A DNA stretch of 64,000 nt from an uncultured Verrucomicrobiota bacterium (GTDB lineage: Bacteria; Verrucomicrobiota; Verrucomicrobiia; Palsa-1439; CAZOTB01): NCBI GenBank assembly GCA_964582645.1, contig CAZOTB010000001.1, positions 2,845 to 66,844 of the forward strand, in the 5' to 3' direction. A program made the position numbers and the translations under genes. This document shows, one piece after another, positions 7,789 to 18,187 of the stretch (positions within the stretch are counted from its first letter, which is position 1; each line of letters starts with the position of its first letter). A model generated the notes under the pieces. It did not search any database, was not told where the DNA came from, and was given only the letters and a program-made list of their open reading frames with translations.

Positions 7789-10581
7789 ATGATCCAGCGT
7801 TTTCTTAAGACCAGCGCGATCTCCCTCTGTTTGCTGCTCGCAGCCACTCTCATGTGTCGCGGAGCAGACAACGAGGAGGACAAGATCCTTCTCAAGGTCA
7901 CCGGCCTCTGGGGCGGAAGCGTCACGCCGCGCAAGGATGCGCGCACGCCCTCCGACAAGGCCAGCGCCGAAATTCTCGACGCCTTCCTCAAGAAGTTCCC
8001 GCAATATGGTTTCCAGCCGACGCGGACGATCCGTTTGCCCGCGGGCAGCAAGGCGCAGGAATCGGCGTTGCTGATGGCGATGGCGGGACGCACCGCGGGC
8101 GACATCATCTACGTCAACTTCCGCGTGGTGGATAACTGGGTGCGGCAGAACTTCCTCGTCCCGCTCGATTCGTTCGTGATCGAGTACGCGGAGCAGGAAT
8201 GCAAGCGGCTCGGCATTGATTATCCCAAACCACTCACGCTCGACAAGGTGGACCCGGCATGGGTCGGCATCAACCCACAGACATGGGACACCATCTACCG
8301 CCCTGACACGAAGGGCAACTGGCACGTCTGGTCGTGGCCGTACTACGAGGTGGCCATGGCGATGTATTACCGCAAGGACGTGCTGCAGGAGAAGGCACCT
8401 GCGCTCAAGGCTGCCGGGCTGGAGGTGCGGCCGCCGCGCACCTGGGAAGAAGTCATCGAATATTGCAAGGCGCTCACCGACCCGACGAAGGGCGAGTTCG
8501 GTTTCCAAAACACCACGTACGCTGGCTGGTATTTTGCAGACCTGTTGTGGCAGGGCGGCGTCGAGATCGTCGAGCGCGATACGAATCTGCAATGGCACGT
8601 CACGTGGGATTCGCCCGGCACGATTGACACGGTCCGGTTCTGGCGGGAGCTGACCAACACCGAGGTGACGAAGGACGGGAAAACGAGTTTTGTCGCGATG
8701 GACTCCGCGCGTTCCGCCACGCGCATGGGTTTCGGCGAAGGCAAGGCGGCTTTCATGTGGGCGTACTCTTCCGAGTTGAGCCTCGGCGGTTATCAGAACC
8801 TCGACCCGGAGGTGCTGGGCGCGGTGCCGTTGCCGGCCGGTCCCGTGCAGACGACGGAGGGAAAATCGCCCGAGGAATTGCTGGCGAAATACCCGCACCC
8901 GAACAAGAAGGGCTGGATTCTCTTCCCCAACGGTCGCCAGGCGCCGGCGAAGTCGCTGGTGAACTTCGGCGACGGCTGGCGCATTCGCGGCAACGAAATC
9001 AATGCGGCCATGTGGGGCATCTGCTCGCTCTGCACCGATCCGAAACGCCAGCGCGCAGCGTGGGAGTGGCTGAAATTCCAGAACAGCGACGAAGCTCGGC
9101 GCATCCGCACCACCGTGTTGGTCGAGAACGGCAGCGCCATCAGTGTGCGTCCCGACCTGCTCAAGCGGTACGGGTTCGAGGAATACTACGAGCAGGTGCC
9201 GAAAGATTGGCGCGAGGCGAACGAGGACGTGTTCCGCACCGGCCGTCCCGAGCCGAACGGGAAAAACTGCCAGTACGTTTATGATTTCATCGAGATGCCG
9301 GCGCGCGATGCGGCGGAGTTCGCTTCCCTGCCGAATCGTCGCGCCCGGATGAACAATCCGATCGTCCGTGAATCCTGGCGCAAAGCGATGGGTGGCAACG
9401 ACGACGCACTGGTGGCCAAGATGCGTTCCGAGGGCGAGGTGAAGGAGTCCGACATCGCGTTGCTCAAGCAGGACACCGCGGAGATTCAGTCCAACGTCTT
9501 GCAGAGTCTCGAACGCGCCAAGCGCCGCATGCTCGATCAACTCCCCGAGGAGGAACTCTCGAAGTATCGCAAGTACGCCGTGCTCATCGTGATCGTGGTG
9601 ACGTGCATGTGCATCTTCGGTTTGTGGGCGATCCTCCGCTTTTACGGGAAGGATGCGAAAGGCCGAATGATCGAGCAGCCGCAGCCCTCCCGGGTGCATC
9701 TGACGGCGTGGTCGTTCATGGGGCTGGCGGTGTTGAGCGTGTTGGTCTGGAACTACTACCCGCTCGCGCGCGGCGCGGTCATTGCCTTCCAGAATTACCA
9801 GATCATGGGCGGCAGCGAGTTCGTCGGTCTCGACAACTTCGTCAAAGTTTTCATCGAACCGCTCTTCACCAAGGCGGTGATCAACACGCTCCTCTGGGTC
9901 GCGCTGCAACTGGGGCTGACGTTCTTCCCGCCGATCTTTCTCGCGATCATCCTGGACGAAATCCCCAAGGGGAAACTGTTCTTCCGCATCATCTTTTATC
10001 TGCCGGCGGTCATGAGCAGCCTGGTCGTTGCGTATCTCTGGCTGTGGATGTTCTCGCCGAACCCGGACGGCCTGCTGAACTCGCTTCTGATCAAAATGCA
10101 CCTGGTCAAACCGAGCGAACCGATGGCGTGGCTGACCCGGTCACCGATTCTGGCGATGATCTGTGTGATCATTCCCGGCATCTGGGCGGGCATCGGGCCG
10201 GGCTGCATCATCTACCTCGCGGCGCTCAAAAGCATTCCTGAGGATATCTACGAGGCGGCCGACCTGGACGGCGCAAGCACGTGGCGGAAAGTGTTCGGGA
10301 TCACGCTCCCGTACCTCAAACCGCTGGTGATCATCAATTTCGTCGGTGCGTTCATCGGCGCGTTCCGCAGTTGGGAGGGCATTTTCGTGATGACGGGCGG
10401 CGGTCCGAACGACGGCACCCATGTCATCGGCATGGAAGTCTGGTACAACGCGTTCGCCTATTTGCGTTTCGGCTACGCGACCGCCGTCGCCTGGATCATC
10501 GGCGCCGCGCTGGTGGGATTCACCGTGTATCAGTTGCGAATTTTGCGCAATGTCCGGTTCACAACAGCGAAGAGGGATTGA
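7789..10581 (+). CDS. ABC importer component: signal peptide and extracellular solute-binding (family-1-like) domain fused to a MalF-type inner-membrane permease
   Basis: ORF track, 930 aa. N-terminal signal MIQRFLKTSAISLCLLLAATLMC, ~550 aa SBP-like region, then a 6-TM permease with EAA motif IYEAADLDGASTWRKVFGITLPYLKP. Paralog of 15778..18186. Confidence 0.8.
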   Translation: MIQRFLKTSAISLCLLLAATLMCRGADNEEDKILLKVTGLWGGSVTPRKDARTPSDKASAEILDAFLKKFPQYGFQPTRTIRLPAGSKAQESALLMAMAGRTAGDIIYVNFRVVDNWVRQNFLVPLDSFVIEYAEQECKRLGIDYPKPLTLDKVDPAWVGINPQTWDTIYRPDTKGNWHVWSWPYYEVAMAMYYRKDVLQEKAPALKAAGLEVRPPRTWEEVIEYCKALTDPTKGEFGFQNTTYAGWYFADLLWQGGVEIVERDTNLQWHVTWDSPGTIDTVRFWRELTNTEVTKDGKTSFVAMDSARSATRMGFGEGKAAFMWAYSSELSLGGYQNLDPEVLGAVPLPAGPVQTTEGKSPEELLAKYPHPNKKGWILFPNGRQAPAKSLVNFGDGWRIRGNEINAAMWGICSLCTDPKRQRAAWEWLKFQNSDEARRIRTTVLVENGSAISVRPDLLKRYGFEEYYEQVPKDWREANEDVFRTGRPEPNGKNCQYVYDFIEMPARDAAEFASLPNRRARMNNPIVRESWRKAMGGNDDALVAKMRSEGEVKESDIALLKQDTAEIQSNVLQSLERAKRRMLDQLPEEELSKYRKYAVLIVIVVTCMCIFGLWAILRFYGKDAKGRMIEQPQPSRVHLTAWSFMGLAVLSVLVWNYYPLARGAVIAFQNYQIMGGSEFVGLDNFVKVFIEPLFTKAVINTLLWVALQLGLTFFPPIFLAIILDEIPKGKLFFRIIFYLPAVMSSLVVAYLWLWMFSPNPDGLLNSLLIKMHLVKPSEPMAWLTRSPILAMICVIIPGIWAGIGPGCIIYLAALKSIPEDIYEAADLDGASTWRKVFGITLPYLKPLVIINFVGAFIGAFRSWEGIFVMTGGGPNDGTHVIGMEVWYNAFAYLRFGYATAVAWIIGAALVGFTVYQLRILRNVRFTTAKRD

Positions 10582-10587
10582 GAATGT

Positions 10588-10690
10588 TGTTACTCGTTAT
10601 TGGTTATTGGTTATTGGTTATTGGGAAAGCAAAAGGCCAATCACGAAGAACCAATAACAAATAACGGATAACTAATAACCCATAACCAAC
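10588..10690. repeat. Palindromic element, family B (GTTATTGG repeats), 'empty' copy between the two permease genes
   Basis: Left arm GTTACTCGTTATTGGTTATTGGTTATTGGG, right arm CCAATAACAAATAACGGATAACTAATAACCCATAACCAAC (imperfect inverted repeat); loop ~25 nt. Confidence 0.6.
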
Positions 10691-10691
10691 A

Positions 10692-12614
10692 GTGCCCGTA
10701 ATCAGTAAAGTCGGACGTTCATCGCCGGGAGTGAGGCTCACCCTCACTCTCATGTACCTGCTTTTGGTGGCCGGGTCGGTCACCATGATCGGGCCGTTCC
10801 TGATGATGCTCTCGTCCTCCATCAGCAGCGAGGCGGACATCTCCGACTATCGTATCGTCCCGAGGTTTCTGACCGAGGAGGATGCGTTGTTCGCCCGGTT
10901 CCTCAACGACAAGTACAATGGCAACCTTTGGTCCATCAAAGACCTCTTCGGCTACGACCTTTCCCGCGTGGACGTGCGCACGCGCACCGTTTCCGAAATG
11001 GTAAATGAACTCCGGCTCCGCGATCAGGTGGCCGACCCCGGCCGGCGAGCACTCGTGAAGGAGTACGGTGAGTTTCTGGCCACCGGCATCCCGGACGATC
11101 TGTACATGACCGGCTTCATCCTGCGCGGCGGATTGATCGGCCCCGTCAACAAACTCTATCAGGAGTGGCTGAAGGCGAAGTTCGGTACCGTCGAGGCGAT
11201 GAACAAGGCGTACGACGACCAATACACCTATTGGGCGGAGGTGGGGGTGCCGCCTGAGGCAGTCTATGCGCGGGATTGGGCGCCCGTGTACCACAAGCGG
11301 TACCGCGACTTCCTCGATTTCAAGAAGACCCTGCCGGCCTGGCAGCGTGTGCCCTACGAAGGGGAACGCAAATGGGTCGAGCATCTGAAACTTGTCAGCG
11401 ACGCCAACATCGAGAAGCTCAATGCGTTGCTCGGCACGAAGTACAAGGATTTCTACGACGTACCAATGCCCCTTGCCGCACCGTCCGACCCCAAGGTCCT
11501 CAAACTCTGGGAAGACCTGGTGCGCCGCAAGTGGCCGCTGCGGTTGATCGTGCCGAACGAGGCGGGTGTGCGCGAGTACCGGACGTTCCTCGAAGCGCGC
11601 CGAAAAACCATCGCCAAGGTCAACGAAGCCTACGGCACGAGTTACACGAGCTTCGACGAGGTGCCGTGGCCGCGCGACGACATGTTCGAGGGAATGCGCC
11701 AGAGCGACTTCCTCGATTTCCTCAAGAGCGAAACCGCGGGCGCGCCCCGTCTGACGATCCAGAACGTGACGTTGCGCACGACCGGCGGCGAGTTCCACAA
11801 ATGGCTGCAGGCCCGCCACGGCGGTTCGCTCGACGGGATCAACAAGGCGCTCGGGACGAAATTCGCCAGCCTCGATGAGATCGGCCTTCCGCAGGCAGCG
11901 TGGGAGTGGACTCTCGTGATGTCGGACACCGGCCACTGGCGCTGGGAGTTCGTGAAGAGCAACTACTTCGAGGTGGTCTCGTTCATCCTCACCAAGGGGC
12001 GCGCCCTGAGCAACACCGTCATCTTTATTCTTCTTTCCATCCTCATCCATCTCACGATCAACCCACTCTGCGCATATGCATTGTCGCGGTTCAACATTTC
12101 CTACTCGTACAAGGTGCTGCTCTTCCTGCTCGCGACGATGGCGTTCCCTGGAGAAGTGACCATGATCCCGAACTTCCTCCTCCTCCGCGATTTCGGGATG
12201 CTCAACACCTTCGCCGCGCTGATCCTCCCCGGCATGGCCAACGGATTCAGCATCTTCATCCTCAAAGGATTCTTCGACACGCTCCCGAAGGAGCTGTACG
12301 AAGCCGCGCAACTCGACGGCGCCGGCGAGTTGCGGATGTTCTACCAGATCACCGTGCCGCTGTGTCAGCCCGTGTTCGCGTACACCGCGTTGATCACGTT
12401 CACCGGCGCGTACGGCGCGTTCCTGTTCGCGTTGACCGTGTGCCAGGACCCGAACATGTGGACGATCATGGTCTGGTTGTACGACCTGAACGCCACGTCC
12501 CCCGAGCACATCAAAGTCGCCGCCCTGGTGATTGCGATGATCCCGACGCTGATTGTGTTCGTGACATGTCAGCGAGTGATCATGCGGGGCATCGTGCTGC
12601 CTCAGATGAATTAG
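10692..12614 (+). CDS. ABC importer MalG-type permease with ~400 aa periplasmic loop between TM1 and TM2 carrying four internal repeats
   Basis: ORF track, 640 aa. TM1 TLTLMYLLLVAGSVTMIGPFLMML; loop repeats such as VNEAYGTSYTSFDEVPWP and INKALGTKFASLDEIGLP; C-terminal permease EAA motif LYEAAQLDGAGELRMFYQITVPL. Paralog of 18719..20590. Confidence 0.8.
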   Translation: MPVISKVGRSSPGVRLTLTLMYLLLVAGSVTMIGPFLMMLSSSISSEADISDYRIVPRFLTEEDALFARFLNDKYNGNLWSIKDLFGYDLSRVDVRTRTVSEMVNELRLRDQVADPGRRALVKEYGEFLATGIPDDLYMTGFILRGGLIGPVNKLYQEWLKAKFGTVEAMNKAYDDQYTYWAEVGVPPEAVYARDWAPVYHKRYRDFLDFKKTLPAWQRVPYEGERKWVEHLKLVSDANIEKLNALLGTKYKDFYDVPMPLAAPSDPKVLKLWEDLVRRKWPLRLIVPNEAGVREYRTFLEARRKTIAKVNEAYGTSYTSFDEVPWPRDDMFEGMRQSDFLDFLKSETAGAPRLTIQNVTLRTTGGEFHKWLQARHGGSLDGINKALGTKFASLDEIGLPQAAWEWTLVMSDTGHWRWEFVKSNYFEVVSFILTKGRALSNTVIFILLSILIHLTINPLCAYALSRFNISYSYKVLLFLLATMAFPGEVTMIPNFLLLRDFGMLNTFAALILPGMANGFSIFILKGFFDTLPKELYEAAQLDGAGELRMFYQITVPLCQPVFAYTALITFTGAYGAFLFALTVCQDPNMWTIMVWLYDLNATSPEHIKVAALVIAMIPTLIVFVTCQRVIMRGIVLPQMN

Positions 12615-12728
12615 GTGGGCGCTCCGGGACCGATCTGGAGCGACGCGGGAACGTGTGCAGATTCCATTGCAGCCGGCGCGGGCTGCATCTCCGTTGGCGA
12701 CCACCCTTCACGGCACACGCAACCCGGC

Positions 12729-12798
12729 AGGCTGAAGGCTGTACTCCAAACGCGAGCTGTTCGAAGGCTCTGGTTCGGAGTACAAGCTTCAGCTTGGT
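12729..12798. repeat. REP-like extragenic palindrome, family A
   Basis: GCTGAAGGCTGTACTCCAAACGC ... GGTTCGGAGTACAAGCTTCAGCTTGG are inverted arms; downstream of the permease gene. Confidence 0.55.
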
Positions 12799-13598
12799 CA
12801 GATGCACCCAAATCTTGATTGGCCGGGATTTGGGCCTGGCTGGCTGGCAGGAAGTGGTTACCGTTTACCGACGAATCGACGCCGTGCCGCCAAAGCCAAA
12901 TTCTGGCGCGCCGTCATGTGAATGTGGTTAAGCATCGAGCCTCGTTTTGGCTGGTCCTGGTCGTGGCGATCGCGCTGCTCTTTCTGGTCTCCACCGCATT
13001 ATGTTTCGTGATCCTGACGGAGATGGTTGACCGGTGCTTCTGGGCCGACTTTTCGGTTGCGCCCGTTTGGTTTCTTCCACTGTGTTACGTGGTATCGCCA
13101 TCGGTGGGAATCGTCGTCACCTTCATCCTTGGGTGGAACGTGAGAAAATGAAGGCTAGACCAAACGGTTTGATGCAGGGTCGCACGAGGATCGGAAGATG
13201 CCCGTCATGCCGCCGACCATCGAATTGAGACGACCGGCAGTCGCCCTTCGCTGCGACGGTCCGTGGCCAACCAGCGGAACAAATGGAAGAGCCGAACCCA
13301 TATGACAAGTTGATCGTTGGACTATCCGTGTTGGCCTGCCTCGGCATCGGTGGTGGTCTCTCGCAGAGGAGTGCTGGCATTTCTCCGAGGGGTTGTGGTG
13401 GTTGTCGTGCATGCATGGTACTTCAGCTTACGCCATGGTATTCCCGAGATGGGCGGGCTCTGCTAGGTCTCTGTTGGAGGCATTGTGGCTCTTGGGCTTT
13501 TCTACATCAAGAAGTGGATAGTCGAATTCCGAGAGAGCCGCACGTGCGAGAGGCCGAACAAAACGTCTGAGGCAGACCGGTAGGAGGATTGAGGAGTA

Positions 13599-13886
13599 AT
13601 GGATAAGAAGGAAGCACAGAAAATTCTGGAGGCGCAGTTGCGCCGGTACCGCAGCCGGTCGTACGCTGGACTGGTGGCGCTGGTCGAAGCCAAGGAGGTT
13701 AAGACGCTTCAAGTCATAGGAGCCACCGGCGCAGAGTACCAACTGGAGGTCCAATTCTTCTGGGATGCCAAACCTAACGGTGACATCAGAGTCGCCGCGT
13801 CCGTTGACGATGGCAGCCTGCGCGCCTACTTCCCCTTGACGGACAGCTTCATCCTCAGTCCACAGGGGGCTTTTATCGGCGAATAG
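13599..13886 (+). CDS. Hypothetical protein (95 aa) in lower-GC islet
   Basis: Strong SD GGAGGATTGAGGAG 6 nt before the ATG; coding-like composition; no recognisable family. Confidence 0.45.
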   Translation: MDKKEAQKILEAQLRRYRSRSYAGLVALVEAKEVKTLQVIGATGAEYQLEVQFFWDAKPNGDIRVAASVDDGSLRAYFPLTDSFILSPQGAFIGE

Positions 13887-13957
13887 CCAAATGGTCCCTC
13901 TTCAACCAGTGAAGCAAACTTGCGCTCGTGGCTTCGTCGTTGGTCTGCCTCGGGGAT

Positions 13958-14389
13958 ATGGCCGCCATGCGTCGCGACTTTGAGATTATCAACGGCATCT
14001 ACCTGTCGCAGCCACCACACGTGCTCGACCTGCACAACGACTTCGATTTCCACGATTTGCGCTACTCGATACGTGACCGGATTCTCTCGCTGCACTGGCG
14101 GCGTTCCAATCGCAAGTCGGTTCCTGCTAACACCCCGGCGTCGGTGTGCGTGGCGTTTCGCGAGGTCAGCGAGTTCCGGTTCCATCCTCGCGATCCGAAA
14201 CAGCCTTTCACCGAGGATGACTGCATGAACACGTTTGGATTCTGGACGGACGAGGACTGGGCAGATGGCGTCATCGTCCCTGACCGAAACCAGACGCCTG
14301 AACCGAGTTGGCTTACAGCGGTCGATTTCATGTCGGGCGCAATCATCTTGGTGCAAACAGCGTCCGCCCATGCCCGAATCGAGTCATGA
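13958..14389 (+). CDS. Hypothetical protein (~143 aa) in lower-GC islet
   Basis: Frame of ORF 13928..14389; the internal ATG at 13958 (MAAMRRDFEIING...) is preferred. Acidic Trp-rich C-terminal half (FGFWTDEDWADG). Family unknown. Confidence 0.4.
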   Translation: MAAMRRDFEIINGIYLSQPPHVLDLHNDFDFHDLRYSIRDRILSLHWRRSNRKSVPANTPASVCVAFREVSEFRFHPRDPKQPFTEDDCMNTFGFWTDEDWADGVIVPDRNQTPEPSWLTAVDFMSGAIILVQTASAHARIES

Positions 14390-14418
14390 TGCCCGGCACG
14401 CTCCCGCCAGAACCAGAG

Positions 14419-15657
14419 CTATTTCGATCCCGGCGGGCCCTCCAGCAGGAAATCTTCCCAAGGCCGGCTCCGGACTCCGGCGGCCTGCGCCACCGCCTCC
14501 CGCGCACGGTCGCAAACGACCAATGGTTGAAACCGTGGATTCCGCCGGCAGAATTCCAGGAGCGCGGAAAGGTCGCGAGCCGAGTACGCGCCGGTCTTGA
14601 CTTCGATGGCCCAATTCCCCCAGGAGCCTTCGGTGACAAAGTCCAGTTCGAGCGGTTCCTCGCGCCAATAGTGGACCTGCTGGCTGCAGTTCCACGCCAG
14701 CGCGCCACAGGCGTTTTCGACCCATCGTCCCCAGCGCTCCGCATCACGATCGGGAGACGGCAGGACATTCGTGGTCGCTCCCAGGAACGCGTTGTTCAGC
14801 GCGATCAACTTGGGCGGAGCGGCGCGTTGCCGGAGCATCTTGCCGGAGTACTTGCGCAGTGCGACCGCCAGACAAGCTTCTTCCAGCAACTCCAAATAAT
14901 GTGCCACCGTCTCCAGTGCGCCGCTGGAACCGAGTTGGCCGCAGATTTTCTGAAGCGAAATGATTTCCGCAGGGTGTCCCGTGACAATGGCAAATACTTG
15001 CCGAAGCAGCGCCGGCTTCCGAATCGCTTCCACCGCCAGCATGTCCCGGCCGATCGCCGGCTCGATGATGCTGTCTCGCACGTAGCTGCGCCAGCGGATG
15101 AGGTCGTCCAGCAGCGGCACCGCCCCGGGATAGCTTCCCTGCCCGACGGTCCGGCGCGCGGCAACCAGCGGATCGAGTCGAAAACAACGCACCACTTCCG
15201 AAGCCGGCCAATGCAGCAACCGCAATCTCTCAAATCGGCCTGCCATGGTCTCACGGCTGCCGTGACCAAGCCCAAGCGCTGAGGACCCGGTGGCGACCAC
15301 ATGAAGCGGCAGCCGCGCGCGTTTCAGTTGGTCCATCTTGCTCTTCAGCAAGCGCTGCCAGTTGTCGAGGTACTGGATTTCATCGAGCAACAACATTGCG
15401 GAACCGCCTGCCGCCAACTGCTGAGCCCGATGCCACAGGTTTTCCCACCATCCGGCCAATGCGGCCTCGGGAGTGTCTGCCGCTGCGTATAGGGCGCGTT
15501 CCCCTTTCTCGCTGGCCAGTGCCAGCAGCAACGTGGTTTTTCCAACCTGACGCGGCCCGGTCAGTAGTTGCGCGCGGTGGGACGGTTCGGCGTTCAGTCT
15601 CTTCCGCAGTTCGGCGAGCACGGTGTCATAGGCGTGCGGCCCGATGAATTCGTCCAT
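14419..15657 (-). CDS. AAA+ superfamily ATPase with C-terminal DUF4143-like domain
   Basis: Walker A GPRQVGKTTLL, Walker B LLLDEIQ, C-terminal WAIEVKTGAY; architecture as in the AAA_14 + DUF4143 predicted-ATPase family. Confidence 0.8.
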   Translation of the reverse strand: MDEFIGPHAYDTVLAELRKRLNAEPSHRAQLLTGPRQVGKTTLLLALASEKGERALYAAADTPEAALAGWWENLWHRAQQLAAGGSAMLLLDEIQYLDNWQRLLKSKMDQLKRARLPLHVVATGSSALGLGHGSRETMAGRFERLRLLHWPASEVVRCFRLDPLVAARRTVGQGSYPGAVPLLDDLIRWRSYVRDSIIEPAIGRDMLAVEAIRKPALLRQVFAIVTGHPAEIISLQKICGQLGSSGALETVAHYLELLEEACLAVALRKYSGKMLRQRAAPPKLIALNNAFLGATTNVLPSPDRDAERWGRWVENACGALAWNCSQQVHYWREEPLELDFVTEGSWGNWAIEVKTGAYSARDLSALLEFCRRNPRFQPLVVCDRAREAVAQAAGVRSRPWEDFLLEGPPGSK

Positions 15658-15777
15658 GGTCGAATCATTATTCGATTACGTCCGAAAATCAATCTCGGTC
15701 GCCGAAATCGTTTCCATCAGGCTGAAAATGGCTCGACAGGCAGTGTCGGGTTCCTAACAGTGTTGCGAGACAGTCTG

Positions 15778-18186
15778 ATGATTTTGCACAAACGATTCGC
15801 CGCCTTTTCTATCCTCGCCGTGAGCTTGTGGTTGCAGTCAAGCCCGTCTGGCGCCGCCCCCGCTCCGACCGACAAAGTGATAGTCCGGATCAGCGGCATG
15901 CCGAGCAAACGGGCCAACTCGCCGCGCGAGATCGCCAGCTACCGGGTCGTCGAACGATTCCAGCAATTGTATCCCGACATCGAAATCCGGGGCACGACCG
16001 CGCTGGAAATCCAGAACATCGGCAGCGAAGCGGCGACGCTCATGTCCATCGCGGGCGGAACGGCGCCGGACATTCTCGTCGTCAACTTCCGCCAGTCCGA
16101 CACCTACCTCAGCGAAGGTTTCCTGGCGCCGCTGGATGAATACATCATGGCGATGGACCCGGCCGAACGCGAAGATCGCATTCCTGCCCCGGTTCGTCCG
16201 GTCGTGTACCGCGAAGGTCCCGACGGACAGAAACATTACTGGATGATCCCGCAATACATCGGCGCCAAGGTGCTGATGTATCGCCGCGATCTCCTCGCAG
16301 CGGCGGGACTCGATCCCGATCGTCCGCCGAAGGACTGGGACGAACTGCGGGAGTACGCGCGGAAGGTGGCCGATCCGTCGCGCGGCATTTATGGGCTCGG
16401 TTTCTACTCGGGCATTCACGCGTCGTGGTCCATGTACACGTACCTTGTCAGCACGGGCGCGCAGGCGATGAAGCAACTGCCCGATGGCCAATGGCGGGCG
16501 GCATTCGATTCCGACGAGGCGGTCACGGCGTATGAGTTCGTGGATGATCTGCTGAAAGAGCAGGTCGAGAAAGCCGGCAAGTCCGGCCCCATGGCGTACC
16601 GCGGGGCGGACTTCGGTCAGAAATGGACGGACGGGAAAGTGGCGATGCAGTTCTCGACGCTGCAGAGCAAGGAACTCGGCGATATCAATCCGCAGTTGAT
16701 GGGCATCGCGCCAATCCCGAAGGGGCCGACGGGCATCGCGAGCTCCGAAGTGAATTGTCCGATGTACGCGATCTTTGCCGGGCAGAAGGACAAACGCGTT
16801 CGCGACGCGGCGTGGAAGTACATCTGGTTCACCGACAGCGTGGAAGCACGGAGGATTTTCGTGCAGACAATGGTCGAGCAGGGCGCCGCGCGCACGTTGC
16901 GTCCGAAGCTCTTGCGGCAATTTGGATTCTCGGAATTGGCCGACCTGGCGATTCCCGGCCTCGAGGAAGCTTACGAAACCGCTCTCGCCCAGGGCACGCC
17001 CGAGCCGTACGGCAAAAACTGCCAGTTCGTCTATGCGTACATGACCAAGCCCATGGACGCGGCCTACTACTTCGATTTCAAGGGCATGACCCGGCAACAG
17101 AAGCGCGCGAAGATCAAGGAATTCCTCCGCAAGGCCGTGGACGAAGCCAACGAACAGATGATCGGTATCGTGCCCGAACCTGTCCGCAAGAAGCGCAATG
17201 GCATCGCGTGGGTCGTCGCCGTCGTCGTCCTCCTGAGTTTCGTCCTGCTGTTGCGACAGGTCTTTCGCTGGATGAGCCAGGGATTCGCGCCCTCGACGGA
17301 GCCGGCTTCGGGCTACAAGAATCGCATGGCGGTCGCGCTGATCGCGCCCGCGCTGCTTCTGATCCTGCTCTGGCAGTACTATCCGCTCGTGCGCGGCTCG
17401 CTGATGGCGTTTCAGGATTACAGCATCATGGGCGGGTCACCGTGGATCGGCATTGATAACTTCGCGGACGTCCTGTTCGACAAGAATTTCTGGCTCGCGT
17501 TGAAGAACGCGGTGTATTTCTGCGCGTTGTGGATGCTGATGGGTTTCCTGCCGCCGATGGCGTTGGCGATCATCCTGCAGGAAATCCCGCTCGGCAAACT
17601 GCTGTTCCGAATTCTCTTCTACCTCCCACATCTCGTGTCCGGCATCGTCATCTATTTCATGTGGCGCGGGTTTTACGACGTCTCGCCCGACGGCATCCTG
17701 AACCGCATCCTGGCGGTATTCAACATCCCCGCGCAGAAGTGGCTCGACGACCCGAACATCGCGATGATCTGCGTCGTGTTTCCGATTGCCTGGTCGCACC
17801 TCGGCGCCGGGTGCATCATCTACCTCGCCGCGCTCAAGGGCATCCCGGATGAACTGTACGAGGCAGCCGACATTGACGGCGCATCGTTCTTTCAAAAGTT
17901 GCGCTTCATCGTCTTTTCGTATCTCAAACCGCTGATCGTGATCAACGCGGTCGGCGCCACGATCTTCGGCTTCAAATCCGCCGACGCAGTTCTTGCGATG
18001 ACGGGCGGAGGTCCAAACGGCGCGACACAGGTCATCGGGTACGAAATCTGGCAGCGTTCGTTCATGTTCCTGCATTTCAGTCAGGCCACCGCGATGGCGT
18101 GGATTCTGGGAGTGTTGTTGCTCTCGTTCACGGCGTATCAACTCCGCATTTTGAACAAGGTGGAGTTTCGCACAACCGGCAAGTGA
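15778..18186 (+). CDS. ABC importer component: solute-binding domain fused to a MalF-type permease (paralog of 7789..10581)
   Basis: Within ORF 15568..18186. Start at ATG 15778 (MILHKRFAAFSILAVSLWLQSSPSGAAPA, signal peptide), because the longer ORF overlaps the convergent ATPase gene. EAA motif LYEAADIDGASFFQKLRFIVFSYLKP. Confidence 0.8.
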   Translation: MILHKRFAAFSILAVSLWLQSSPSGAAPAPTDKVIVRISGMPSKRANSPREIASYRVVERFQQLYPDIEIRGTTALEIQNIGSEAATLMSIAGGTAPDILVVNFRQSDTYLSEGFLAPLDEYIMAMDPAEREDRIPAPVRPVVYREGPDGQKHYWMIPQYIGAKVLMYRRDLLAAAGLDPDRPPKDWDELREYARKVADPSRGIYGLGFYSGIHASWSMYTYLVSTGAQAMKQLPDGQWRAAFDSDEAVTAYEFVDDLLKEQVEKAGKSGPMAYRGADFGQKWTDGKVAMQFSTLQSKELGDINPQLMGIAPIPKGPTGIASSEVNCPMYAIFAGQKDKRVRDAAWKYIWFTDSVEARRIFVQTMVEQGAARTLRPKLLRQFGFSELADLAIPGLEEAYETALAQGTPEPYGKNCQFVYAYMTKPMDAAYYFDFKGMTRQQKRAKIKEFLRKAVDEANEQMIGIVPEPVRKKRNGIAWVVAVVVLLSFVLLLRQVFRWMSQGFAPSTEPASGYKNRMAVALIAPALLLILLWQYYPLVRGSLMAFQDYSIMGGSPWIGIDNFADVLFDKNFWLALKNAVYFCALWMLMGFLPPMALAIILQEIPLGKLLFRILFYLPHLVSGIVIYFMWRGFYDVSPDGILNRILAVFNIPAQKWLDDPNIAMICVVFPIAWSHLGAGCIIYLAALKGIPDELYEAADIDGASFFQKLRFIVFSYLKPLIVINAVGATIFGFKSADAVLAMTGGGPNGATQVIGYEIWQRSFMFLHFSQATAMAWILGVLLLSFTAYQLRILNKVEFRTTGK

Positions 18187-18187
18187 G

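Noticed and set aside
7663-10101. 812-aa minus-strand ORF opposite the first SBP-permease fusion; similar ORFs 10719..12704(-), 15838..17097(-), 19091..19828(-), 19844..20836(-) and 20790..21722(-)
   Set aside because: All are antisense to genes with strong family signatures (EAA permease motifs, HlyD coiled coil). They have Arg/His/Asp-rich biased composition and no recognisable domains.
13283-13570. 95-aa ORF MEEPNPYDKLIVGLSVLACLGIGGG... in the islet
   Set aside because: Cys/Gly/Arg-rich second half with no RBS and overlapping alternative small ORFs. It cannot be distinguished from noise.
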